A stretch of DNA of 64,000 nucleotides, from the sequence record PQ631072.1, one strand, 5' to 3'. Both the position numbers and the translations under genes were made by a program. The notes below the pieces were generated by a model that saw only the letters and a list, made by a program, of their open reading frames with translations, ran no database searches and was not told where the DNA came from. Below, in pieces: positions 54,762-64,000 of this stretch (its first letter is position 1; each line of letters opens with the position of its first letter). The DNA comes from Escherichia phage EC.P2.

Positions 54762-57637
54762 TGTCAAGAATTAAGCACAGAATTGACAATGTTTTCCAAC
54801 TGATCGATGGACATATTCAGTTCTTAGATCGTAATACAGGTTTAACTGTAGATCCTACAGTGCAACACTATGTATTAAACCCACAAAACGTTCTAGCTAA
54901 TAACAGACACTTTATAAACTGGACTGCTCAAGAAGGGCAACCAAACGGGGATGCTACAACAGAAGGTCAATCCGTGCTTATTCTTGGTTGCGCTTATGCA
55001 TACCTGGCTTCCGGCGATACAAAGTATTTAGACTCTGCTAAAAAATATTGGCAAGCCTATATAGATTACTTCTTTGGTGGTCAGCCTATTCCAGACCCGC
55101 CAGCAAAATATCGCCCTAACTGGATTATTAACGGTAAAGAACCACGTCTTGCACACTATCCTCTTACAGATGATGGCTACCCTACACACGGAGGTTTTAA
55201 GGGTAGCTTAATGACGTGGACTAACGGTAGAACAGTTATTCCTCATGGTGCTCCTCATTGGGGAGAATACCTTGACAAAGCATGGTTTGCTTTTAATGGT
55301 AATCTAGGATGGAACTCTGTAAACGCTACAGTATATGCTGTTAATGCAGATGGAACAACAGATTGGTCTAAGAATGGAGATCAATGGGACGTTGATTGGA
55401 TCATTGATCGTCTAGGACGTAAAGTTGATTGGGATGGAAATATCTTAGAAGAAGGTTTTCCAACATCTCAATACGGAACAGTTCAACTAAAAAATACTTC
55501 TGTAAACGGTACATATAAATTTAACTACGCGACTTGTAACCCTGTTGAACACGGTGGTTATTTAATGGAGCGTAACACTATGTGGCATAACAGACCAGTT
55601 AACGTTCCGGTAGAAATGGGCTTTCAGGATAATGCGTCAGATGCTGAAACTTGGTGGTGTGATGCTAATTACCTGATGTACCAAATTACAGGAGAAAGAA
55701 AATATTGGCTATGCTGGCAGTCTTCACTGTTAGTGTGTCAAGATTACTCAAACATTGATATGTTTGATAAATTCTTCCGTAAGTCTACATATGCAACTAT
55801 CCCGTTTACAGATGGCATCTCTTACGATTATTCGTATCCATCTACAGCAATACCTAAATATTCAAGAGATACTTTAGGTTATATTGTTATTAGACAAGAT
55901 GTTGCTGCTCAAACAACATTAGAACAGCAAGCCATTTGGTTTAAAGTTGATCAGAACTCTAAGTTACGAGTTCAGTTTCAAGGTGTAGATGACGCAGGAC
56001 ATGGTATTCTTTTCCGTCCAGAGTTGGAACTAAGTAAGACCAAAGATGAAAATAACACAGTAACTTACCGCTGTGGCTTACCACTAGGTACAGCTAATAT
56101 GACAAGCATGGATATTCCACTATCCAGCTTTATGAGAAGTACCCCTCCAAGTGGTGGAACATATATTATCGCAGATCCGCGAATTATTGTTGACTGGGGT
56201 GGCAATACTGTGGTACAATTTAAGTATGTAACAGGTATTGCTGGAACTAATAATGACCAGATTGTTACTGCATCAATGGATACGGATGGTGGCATTACTG
56301 TTGGTTTTTGGTTAACTCCTACATCAAAAGCTAATGTTAAGTCTATTACATATAGAACATATGAAGATGACTTTAACATGACTATCACGGATGCTCAAGG
56401 TTGGAGATGGTGGGCTATGCTTCCTAAAACGCAAGGGGCATGGAGTACGAAGACTTTATCAGCTTCTGATTTTAAGTTAAGTGCTTACCAGCCTAATCAT
56501 CCAGAAACAGATCCTAAACCTTCAGCAATAAATCTTACTGCGGTAGATCAGGTAAATTTAGTTCTCGATACGGCTCCTGTCAATGGTTTAACAGGAACAA
56601 TAGATTTCTATTGTATTAACGATGTACCTGAAAGATATTCGTCATCTTCTGGTGATGATTATACCATGTACTTCCGTATCACTGTACAGGCTTCAAGTCC
56701 TCATACTGCTAAGTTAGGTGATTGTACTATTATTGACTATAAGTTAAATAGTCTTAATTACACACCAGGAATAATTCCATTCTCTAATATCAGTGACCCA
56801 AACACTGCATTGTATGATGGCTGGCGTGGTATTCCATACCCAGGATACCAATACCCTTCCTTATACTGTTTTGCAGGTAGAGATATTGATTGGACACGTT
56901 TAAACAACAGTATTGATTTCTTGTATGATGCTCAAATGTGGTTTTATAACACGTTTGATCCTGTGATGCCTGGGCCTATGGCACAAGCATATGTGTGGGA
57001 TCGTTGGGATGCAAGAAAATACGGTGAACCTAATACGTTTACAATGAAACACTGGAATGAAAAAGCGTGGGATGGTTATGAAGCTCGTGCATTCTACTGT
57101 GCTTGTCATGCTGTATACGAACTTGTACAAAGAGGAGAAACACCTCCTGAAAAACTAGTAACTGTTTGTAAAAATTGGATCAACTACCTTAAATGGTTCC
57201 AAGACAATAATGATGGAAGAACACCAACTATCTTTAATCCAGATGGTACAGTTCTTGCACCTATAGATGACTTTACTAGTCATATGTCTGCACTGTTTAT
57301 GGCGGGTTGTTCAATCATGGGCTTGGCAGGTTATGATTCACAAATTCCAAACATTGGTATTGTAGCAGACAGATGTTTTGATCTGATTCAGCAAAACTAT
57401 ATTGTGCTTTCCCCTAACCATCCGATGAATGGTTGCTGGAGTGTTGCACCGCGTCCAGATTCAGATAACGGAATGTTCTTTGGTTTCCATGCTGGAGAAC
57501 TATTACGTGGTTTTGGTTTATATGCCTTGTATCGTAAACTAAACCCTCAAAACGCTTTACCAATTTTGGATAACAGTAACATACCAACACTAACTGTTCT
57601 AACTATGAATGATATTAGTGTTGATGTAACCAAATAA
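54761..57637 (+). CDS. large tail/baseplate-associated protein, possible receptor-binding or glycan-degrading protein (958 aa)
   Basis: Long ORF rich in Trp/Tyr/Asn/Gly; located with tail fibre genes. Confidence 0.5.
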   Translation: MSRIKHRIDNVFQLIDGHIQFLDRNTGLTVDPTVQHYVLNPQNVLANNRHFINWTAQEGQPNGDATTEGQSVLILGCAYAYLASGDTKYLDSAKKYWQAYIDYFFGGQPIPDPPAKYRPNWIINGKEPRLAHYPLTDDGYPTHGGFKGSLMTWTNGRTVIPHGAPHWGEYLDKAWFAFNGNLGWNSVNATVYAVNADGTTDWSKNGDQWDVDWIIDRLGRKVDWDGNILEEGFPTSQYGTVQLKNTSVNGTYKFNYATCNPVEHGGYLMERNTMWHNRPVNVPVEMGFQDNASDAETWWCDANYLMYQITGERKYWLCWQSSLLVCQDYSNIDMFDKFFRKSTYATIPFTDGISYDYSYPSTAIPKYSRDTLGYIVIRQDVAAQTTLEQQAIWFKVDQNSKLRVQFQGVDDAGHGILFRPELELSKTKDENNTVTYRCGLPLGTANMTSMDIPLSSFMRSTPPSGGTYIIADPRIIVDWGGNTVVQFKYVTGIAGTNNDQIVTASMDTDGGITVGFWLTPTSKANVKSITYRTYEDDFNMTITDAQGWRWWAMLPKTQGAWSTKTLSASDFKLSAYQPNHPETDPKPSAINLTAVDQVNLVLDTAPVNGLTGTIDFYCINDVPERYSSSSGDDYTMYFRITVQASSPHTAKLGDCTIIDYKLNSLNYTPGIIPFSNISDPNTALYDGWRGIPYPGYQYPSLYCFAGRDIDWTRLNNSIDFLYDAQMWFYNTFDPVMPGPMAQAYVWDRWDARKYGEPNTFTMKHWNEKAWDGYEARAFYCACHAVYELVQRGETPPEKLVTVCKNWINYLKWFQDNNDGRTPTIFNPDGTVLAPIDDFTSHMSALFMAGCSIMGLAGYDSQIPNIGIVADRCFDLIQQNYIVLSPNHPMNGCWSVAPRPDSDNGMFFGFHAGELLRGFGLYALYRKLNPQNALPILDNSNIPTLTVLTMNDISVDVTK

Positions 57638-57645
57638 GGAAAATA

Positions 57646-59805
57646 ATGAAACAGGCTATTTTTACTGTAACTCGAAATACGAGAGTAAATGCCAGTTCAT
57701 TCAGCTATAAGACCGTCGATGGAACGGCGGTCGCTGGTAGAGATTATGTAGCTAAACAGGGAACAGTAACGTTCCCTTCTGATGCAGATTCTGCTACTGT
57801 AGTGGTTGATGTATATGAACGTCCGGCAAACTCTTTAGATCTTTATTTTACTCTTGAGATTACTAGCATAAGTCAAAATAACATGATGATCAATGAAGAA
57901 ATTCGTTGTGTTATTACGACTGATCAATCGAATACAACCCCGCTAACTTGGCCTGTTGTGAAGTCTAGAATGTTTGATCCTAAGTTTTGGACAATAGATT
58001 CTCAAGCAACAGAAAGTTGTTCTATTATCTCTAATGGTGATTCTTTCACAGCAAGAATGGTTAATAGGACAGTGGCTGGTCTTGCTGGGATTATTTGGTC
58101 AACTTACGATAAATATGATCACAAAGGATTAGGCTACCAAGAACATTCTGACTTAAGTAAAGAGAAACTTTGGTTTAAAATGGAACTTAGTCAAGGTGTT
58201 CCTGGATTAAAAGAAGAAAAATTAATACCATCCTTAACAGTGACACTGAAGGATGAAACAGTTCATTATGTATCTCTAAACTTTTATGCAGAAGAAGTTT
58301 CAGAAGATGGTAAGACAGCAACAATCAAATTAGATTTCTCAAACTTAAAATCGGGGCCAGAAAATGATATTGTTGTTGACACTACACAAATAGATAATAT
58401 GTTCTTCTCCTTGATCTCAACGAGGTATCAAGAAATTGAAGATATTATTCCTGTAGACAATGAGGATCTTTCCTTTAAGTTTACCATACTGGAGCCTGAT
58501 ACTGGTTACAGTATGATGAATATGGGTAATTTAAATGTTCCAGCACACACCATAAGAATGTGTACATCTTATGATGATATGTATAACCTGACCCCAGAGC
58601 GAGTTATTTCTAACACCTACAGATTAGGTTATAGGGATATGATTAACCACTATAATGGTATGTCACACTATTATCAGTTTAGTTGGGATGCTGGTTCTAA
58701 TAAATGGGCTTTGAATAGAACAGAATATTTAAACCCAGCAACAGAAGCATGGTTTGATAATTTCCACGCTAATGCAAAAGCTATGGGCTACACAGTAATG
58801 AATTCCTTAAGTTTTGAACTTATGAGTACAGTGTGTCCTGTAGAATGGGTACAACATGCTTGGAATGATGATCTTGCTGCTACAGGTTATGAGCCACCAA
58901 GTTATGTTTTATCTCCTTCAATTGATGAAGGGATGAATTATTTACAAGGTGTAATAAATAAGATAGCTTCTATATCCGCTGCTAATGATCTTCCAGTTAT
59001 TATTCAGGTTGGTGAACCGTGGTGGTGGTATAACACAGCTACCAATCTACCGTGTATTTATGATTATACAACCAAAGTTGCATTTAATAATGAAACTGGA
59101 TTGTATGCACAAGATGTTGGTACAGTTAAAAATTATAAAACTGGTACACCATATGATGAATATTATGCCTTCCTATCTAAAACATTAGGACTGCGTGTTG
59201 CTAAATTTGCAACAGATACCAGATTAGCATATCCTGGAGCTAAAGTTACATTGTTACCATTTGTGCCATCCATTTTGGGTAATGGTATGATGGAGTTTGT
59301 TAACTTCCCTAAAGATTATTATATCCCAGAAAACTTTGACTTTTATTGTTCAGAATGTTATGATTGGTTGTTGGAAGGTAAGATGGAAAGATCTTTTGAC
59401 GCTATCACAATACCTAATGAGCAACTAGGTTTTAGTTATGATAAGATACATTATCTTGCAGGGTTTGTTCCAGATGCAACTCTAGCACCATTATATGGCT
59501 TTGATCCTGAATCAAACTATAGAACATATTTGTGGAAAATGATTATAGGCAATATTGTATTGAATGACCAGAAGTTTGTTGGTTTATATCAATACATATG
59601 GGCTTACCCGCAAATAATGCATGATTCAATAACTGTTCTTAATTCAAAATCCCAAGTGTTTTATATGGGTAATGTGCCTTTGAATTGCTACTTGCAAGAT
59701 ATCACTCTTAAACAGGTAAATGTTGAGATTGCCACTATAAGTGGAATTACATTAGCCACTAAATCTGGAGAAGATTTAGTAACAACACAAAAATTTTATA
59801 TATAG
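57646..59805 (+). CDS. tail fibre protein (719 aa)
   Basis: Long ORF in fibre cluster. Confidence 0.5.
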   Translation: MKQAIFTVTRNTRVNASSFSYKTVDGTAVAGRDYVAKQGTVTFPSDADSATVVVDVYERPANSLDLYFTLEITSISQNNMMINEEIRCVITTDQSNTTPLTWPVVKSRMFDPKFWTIDSQATESCSIISNGDSFTARMVNRTVAGLAGIIWSTYDKYDHKGLGYQEHSDLSKEKLWFKMELSQGVPGLKEEKLIPSLTVTLKDETVHYVSLNFYAEEVSEDGKTATIKLDFSNLKSGPENDIVVDTTQIDNMFFSLISTRYQEIEDIIPVDNEDLSFKFTILEPDTGYSMMNMGNLNVPAHTIRMCTSYDDMYNLTPERVISNTYRLGYRDMINHYNGMSHYYQFSWDAGSNKWALNRTEYLNPATEAWFDNFHANAKAMGYTVMNSLSFELMSTVCPVEWVQHAWNDDLAATGYEPPSYVLSPSIDEGMNYLQGVINKIASISAANDLPVIIQVGEPWWWYNTATNLPCIYDYTTKVAFNNETGLYAQDVGTVKNYKTGTPYDEYYAFLSKTLGLRVAKFATDTRLAYPGAKVTLLPFVPSILGNGMMEFVNFPKDYYIPENFDFYCSECYDWLLEGKMERSFDAITIPNEQLGFSYDKIHYLAGFVPDATLAPLYGFDPESNYRTYLWKMIIGNIVLNDQKFVGLYQYIWAYPQIMHDSITVLNSKSQVFYMGNVPLNCYLQDITLKQVNVEIATISGITLATKSGEDLVTTQKFYI

Positions 59806-59813
59806 GAGTAAAA

Positions 59814-61979
59814 ATGTCAACTACAATTACTAATTTACCCGAAACATCAAAAGTTAATGGTTCAGATTACCTGGTTTTAGATCAACCTGATAAAACTGTT
59901 AAAAGCACAGTTTCCAACTTTCTTACTGACACTGGGGTGGTTTTAGCCACCCAGTTGAAAGATACAGATGGAGCAGATTTAATACAATCCTCAAATGGTA
60001 ATACTGTTCAGGAAGAGTTGAATAACAATCTTCTTAATGATCGTGAACAGTGGCGTCGTAGTCTTGCTGAGGCAGGGTTAACCCTTGTCAACGGTAGCTT
60101 TGAAGAAGGGGCTACAGTAAACAATAAGACGGATGCTGTTTGGCATATTGCTGGTGGGCAGTGCTATACGTGGGATGGCGAGTTCCCTAAAACTGTTCCT
60201 GCCGGATCAACCCCAGGAACATCTGGTGGTATTGGTACTGGAGCGTGGTTGAGTGTTGGTGATGCAACATTAAGAACAGAATTGTTATCTGTTAATGGTG
60301 CTGTAATTCAATCTTTTAACAGTGTTTCAGACATGAAATCTTACAATATAACAGCAGGAAGAACATATCATACAAAAGGATATTGGGCAGAAGGTGATGG
60401 TGGTGGTGCTCTATATTATGTCACAACTCCGTCAGGAGACGAACCAAATGGTTATAGCGATCACAAGTCTGAAAATGGTTTATACATTCGTTTGTTGTCA
60501 GAACCTACTGATTTGAATCATGGGGTTAAGATTAGCGATATTTATGACCCTGAAACGGCAAGGTGGAATCGAAACGCGATCCAAACTATGTTGCGTGATA
60601 CCCGCTGGAGCTATACCGAATGTAAAGCACAAGGCGTAATTTATCTTTTGGGTAGTGTAAATGTAGGTAGAGATAATATCACATTCAAAATCAACAAAGG
60701 GTGCTCGCTTAAAGGTAGGTATTCAGATCCTAGTATTTCAACCCCAGATCAAGGTGGACACATGATAGGATTCGCTAAATTTTTCGACCCGGATAATGGT
60801 GATTTTATACCATGGAGAGATGGTGATACACGTATTAACCCTTATATAGAAAATGTACATGTTATTTTAGAAGGTGACGTATCTACTGAATTTAACGACA
60901 GCCATATAAACAAATATAACAATAACTGTATAGGGTTCCTGAAGGCTAAAAATTGCAGTATTCGTGGTACAGGTGGTTCATCATCCAGCGACCATCGAGC
61001 TTTTAACTTTGACGGCATAGACACTAATGCCCCCAATGGCTCTGAAAACAGAGGTGGTAGCATTAATTGTCATATTGATGTTGGTTATTCTTACAATTGT
61101 GTAGACAACCCTTGCATGATTGCTGCTGACCAATTCACCGCAAGTAGTTGCAGCATTAAAATCGGCGATGTGCGTAAAATGGTAGCAGGTGGTTATAACA
61201 GTCCGATTGTTATAAATGTATCCGGCATCTCGCATTTCGATATTAATATAGGTAGATTTTTGGTTGATGGTGGTGTCACACCAGCGTTAGTTGTAGCTCG
61301 TGGCGCTCGTTCAGTTAACGTAACAGGTGGTGTTATACAGGGCTGTACAATGGGTGTGTATTCTGTAGATACCCTGGATATTTCTTTAAACATTAAGGAA
61401 ATGTTTAATGTACCAATAGGTGTTGCTGTTGCAAATAACAGCACTATCGGCCCGAGAAGTATTATTATTCGTGGAATTAACGCAGTTAACTCCAGCTTTT
61501 CCGCTGCTTATGCGCATCAAGCATCTGCATTACCAGCAGCATATGTCGAAATAGCTGATAATAACTTCAGTGCCGCTTCTAGTTCATTTAAGTTTATTGG
61601 TGGTAAAACTTCAGGAAACACTCCTAAAAGACAAAACATTCATGACAATGTTACATCTTCTACGGGAGATGGTGGTCAAGATCTCAACTATTTGCCAGGC
61701 ACTCAGAAAAACATTATAGGAGGTAGTTCAACTACTAGTCTCAGTGTCAACTTTAAAGATGGCAACTGGAATTTCACAAAAGCGACCGTAGTTGCTGGGC
61801 AAGGTGGTGGGCGTGGTATTGCCACCATTGATCTACTTGCTAAAGGCGTTTCCAGCAACAGCATGGTTATAAGGGCTGGTGCTTATGATGTCACTGTAGC
61901 TATGCCTGCCAATGGAAATACGCTGACAGTTAGCGTAGTGTCGCCAAACTTCATTGATTATGTGACGCTTCATAATTAG
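59814..61979 (+). CDS. tail fibre/tailspike with probable parallel beta-helix domain (721 aa)
   Basis: Repetitive Gly/Asn/Val-rich rungs (e.g. NNCIGFLKAKNCSIRGTGGSSS, VNVTGGVIQGCTMG) typical of pectate-lyase-like beta-helix. Confidence 0.5.
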   Translation: MSTTITNLPETSKVNGSDYLVLDQPDKTVKSTVSNFLTDTGVVLATQLKDTDGADLIQSSNGNTVQEELNNNLLNDREQWRRSLAEAGLTLVNGSFEEGATVNNKTDAVWHIAGGQCYTWDGEFPKTVPAGSTPGTSGGIGTGAWLSVGDATLRTELLSVNGAVIQSFNSVSDMKSYNITAGRTYHTKGYWAEGDGGGALYYVTTPSGDEPNGYSDHKSENGLYIRLLSEPTDLNHGVKISDIYDPETARWNRNAIQTMLRDTRWSYTECKAQGVIYLLGSVNVGRDNITFKINKGCSLKGRYSDPSISTPDQGGHMIGFAKFFDPDNGDFIPWRDGDTRINPYIENVHVILEGDVSTEFNDSHINKYNNNCIGFLKAKNCSIRGTGGSSSSDHRAFNFDGIDTNAPNGSENRGGSINCHIDVGYSYNCVDNPCMIAADQFTASSCSIKIGDVRKMVAGGYNSPIVINVSGISHFDINIGRFLVDGGVTPALVVARGARSVNVTGGVIQGCTMGVYSVDTLDISLNIKEMFNVPIGVAVANNSTIGPRSIIIRGINAVNSSFSAAYAHQASALPAAYVEIADNNFSAASSSFKFIGGKTSGNTPKRQNIHDNVTSSTGDGGQDLNYLPGTQKNIIGGSSTTSLSVNFKDGNWNFTKATVVAGQGGGRGIATIDLLAKGVSSNSMVIRAGAYDVTVAMPANGNTLTVSVVSPNFIDYVTLHN

Positions 61980-61985
61980 TAACAT

Positions 61986-62001
61986 CCCCGCTTTGGCGGG
62001 G
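61986..62001 (+). terminator. stem-loop after tailspike gene
   Basis: CCCCGC-TTTG-GCGGGG hairpin, weak T-run. Confidence 0.4.
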
Positions 62002-62061
62002 TTCTATAGACCTCGGAGAATTAGCTGTATATCGTGATTTAAAAAGTAATGAGAACGCACC

Positions 62062-62307
62062 ATGAGAAAATTTTTAATAGGTATGTTTTGTACATATCCT
62101 GATAATAAAGTCAGTTCTACTAAAGTTTGGAATGCTATTGGTATGATTGTTATGTCCAGTATGTTTATTTATTTGGGAATTGATAAAGAAATTCCTGAAT
62201 GGATGGGCTGGGCTTTTGTTTTTATGATCACACCATCCAGACTAATGAAGAATTTAATAGATTTACGTTGGGGCAGATCACCTGCCCCTGATAAGGAGGA
62301 TAACTAA
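62062..62307 (+). CDS. small membrane protein (81 aa)
   Basis: Two hydrophobic segments (IGMIVMSSMFIYLGI, WAFVFMITP). Confidence 0.4.
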   Translation: MRKFLIGMFCTYPDNKVSSTKVWNAIGMIVMSSMFIYLGIDKEIPEWMGWAFVFMITPSRLMKNLIDLRWGRSPAPDKEDN

Positions 62308-63794
62308 TGGCAGATTATGGTTTAACAGATGCTGGTTTTGTCATTCCAACATTTGATGATATTCTAAATAATTATATGACAGCATTGAAAAACACTTTCG
62401 GTGCAGATACAGCTACATCTGAAGATACTGTCTTTGGTCAACTGTTCCGTATTATTGCATACACAGATTACACCCTTTGGGAAGGTATGCAAGGTGTTTA
62501 CAATACCCAAACCTTAGATGGTGCAGAAGGTATTTACCTTGATGAAATCTTCTCTAAAAGAGGTTTTTATCGTAAAGCTGCTTCTGCTGGTAGTGGTTAT
62601 GCTTATGTTAAATCTAACAATAAGGCAGCTTGGACTTATGAACTAAGCACAGATGTTTATTTTAATGCCGATAACGATTTGACATATTATGTCAGTGCAC
62701 CAACAATGTTGAATGCTAAGATTGGAGCATATACCATTTCTAAAGCAAACGCAACAGCTTCTGGTGAAACTTCTATTACTTTCTACATTCAAAGTGCTAT
62801 TGATGGTGGTCTTAACAGTAAAACACTAAGTCCTAGCAATACAAACTTTATTGTAGATCTCACGAATTTCATTAAAGCTAACGTATCAACAACAGATCGT
62901 GCTTTAGTATGGAATGATGCTAGTAATGTTTACATGGGTTATAATCCAGAAGATAATGTTAACCCAATAGGTCTAGTAACACCAGTGAAATTTTATGCAT
63001 CCATTGCAATTGGTACAAAATGGAGTGAAATTCCAGTTACGTGTTCAGACGTTGGTTATAATCCAGTAGGCACAGAAAGTATTACAGGTATTTCTTCAAC
63101 GTTTACAGGCTTTTTAGATACAGGTAACTTCTATCCGTTCTCTCCAGGTACAGATGTTGAAACAGATGCAGAATTCCGTTCTCGTTTCAATGATAATATG
63201 GATGAAGCTAATGCTGCTACTCGTGCTGCTATTGTTAAAGCTCTATTACTGACAGATGGTGTGACAAAGGTTAAGATTTATGATAACCCTACACTACACG
63301 ATCAGGAACATGCTCCAGCTATGACATTCCAAACTATTGTGTACGGTGGTACAGCAGAAGAAGTTGCACAGGTTATTTATAATACTAAGCCTATTAACAC
63401 ATTAACTTATGGTACGACAGCAATTACTATCGTAACAGAAGATGGTGGTCAAGAAGTAATTCGTTTTTCTCCTGGTGATAATGCGGAATACTCACTTAAA
63501 CTGGTGTATCAAACTGGCAATGGTAGTGTGTTAAGTACAACAGAAAGGGAAAATATTGTTTCTGCTCTTGCAAACTTACAGGCTTATTTTGAATTAGGGT
63601 CAACAGTAACTAACGATCAGATAAAAGGTGTAATTTATTCTGCACTTGCGTTCGGACGCTTGACTTCTCTCCGTGTTTATGTTAAACTTAATACTGAGGA
63701 TGACAGTAAATATAATGAGGGAGATATTACTCCAGCGTACAATGTTGTACCATCCTTTGACCTTGATAATATTTCCTACGAGTACGGAGTCTAA
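62307..63794 (+). CDS. putative baseplate J-like protein (495 aa)
   Basis: Size and N-terminal pattern compatible with baseplate J family; ATGA overlap with upstream gene. Confidence 0.4.
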   Translation: MADYGLTDAGFVIPTFDDILNNYMTALKNTFGADTATSEDTVFGQLFRIIAYTDYTLWEGMQGVYNTQTLDGAEGIYLDEIFSKRGFYRKAASAGSGYAYVKSNNKAAWTYELSTDVYFNADNDLTYYVSAPTMLNAKIGAYTISKANATASGETSITFYIQSAIDGGLNSKTLSPSNTNFIVDLTNFIKANVSTTDRALVWNDASNVYMGYNPEDNVNPIGLVTPVKFYASIAIGTKWSEIPVTCSDVGYNPVGTESITGISSTFTGFLDTGNFYPFSPGTDVETDAEFRSRFNDNMDEANAATRAAIVKALLLTDGVTKVKIYDNPTLHDQEHAPAMTFQTIVYGGTAEEVAQVIYNTKPINTLTYGTTAITIVTEDGGQEVIRFSPGDNAEYSLKLVYQTGNGSVLSTTERENIVSALANLQAYFELGSTVTNDQIKGVIYSALAFGRLTSLRVYVKLNTEDDSKYNEGDITPAYNVVPSFDLDNISYEYGV

Positions 63795-63796
63795 AA

Positions 63797-64000
63797 ATGG
63801 CAGTGAGTGTTGACCATGTGACAACGTGGGATAGTATCAATGAAGATGTTAAAGACCTACTGATTGAAGATTTTAAATCTTCTCCGAACATTGTCAAACT
63901 ACTCTATATCATTTCTAGCGAAAAACAAAAGATAGATCAGGCAATGATCTATCTTGCCAAACACCGCTTAATCTCTACTGCAACTGGTAAGTATTTAGAT
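63797..64000 (+). CDS. structural protein, 5' part only (runs off window end)
   Basis: ATG at 63797, frame open to 64000 (MAVSVDHVTTWDSINEDVKDLLIEDFK...). Confidence 0.4.
   Translation, partial: MAVSVDHVTTWDSINEDVKDLLIEDFKSSPNIVKLLYIISSEKQKIDQAMIYLAKHRLISTATGKYLD

Noticed and set aside
1-64000. CRISPR arrays, tyrosine integrase, transposase or IS elements
   Set aside because: No spaced direct-repeat arrays, no integrase-like ORF and no terminal inverted repeats flanking a transposase were seen; the only recombinase is the serine recombinase at the left edge

Overview
This 64 kb window reads as a contiguous stretch of a virulent, AT-rich, contractile-tailed phage genome; there is no sign of host chromosome. 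Bases 1-27,850 are a tightly packed minus-strand block of early and nucleotide-metabolism genes: serine recombinase (runs off the left edge), small DNA methyltransferase, HslV-like peptidase, PhoH, T4-type lysozyme, glutaredoxin, a complete rmlBACD dTDP-rhamnose operon, class I RNR (nrdAB), ThyX-like thymidylate synthase, thymidine kinase, HNH endonuclease, DEDD exonuclease, FEN/RNase H, RdgC, MazG-like, ATP-dependent DNA ligase, and a kinase / Rnl1 RNA ligase / metallophosphoesterase RNA-repair operon. A 370 bp AT-rich divergent control region (27,888-28,257) separates this from the plus-strand block: Prs-like plus NamPT-like NAD salvage pair, a ~3 kb tRNA island (about 15 canonical tRNAs plus several aberrant tRNA-like elements), spanins, terminase (large subunit interrupted by a mini-intein in its P-loop), portal, scaffold, lambda-E-like capsid, sheath, tube, frameshifted chaperone, tape measure, baseplate and tail fibres. 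Gene content resembles Felix-O1-like myoviruses, but that is inference from gene content only. All calls are by eye from the sequence and the ORF track; no searches were run. The most interesting candidates are the split tRNA healing-and-sealing operon next to the tRNA island, the Prs/NamPT pair (possible NARP1-type NAD+ reconstitution), the terminase intein, the phage-borne rml operon and the HslV-like peptidase.
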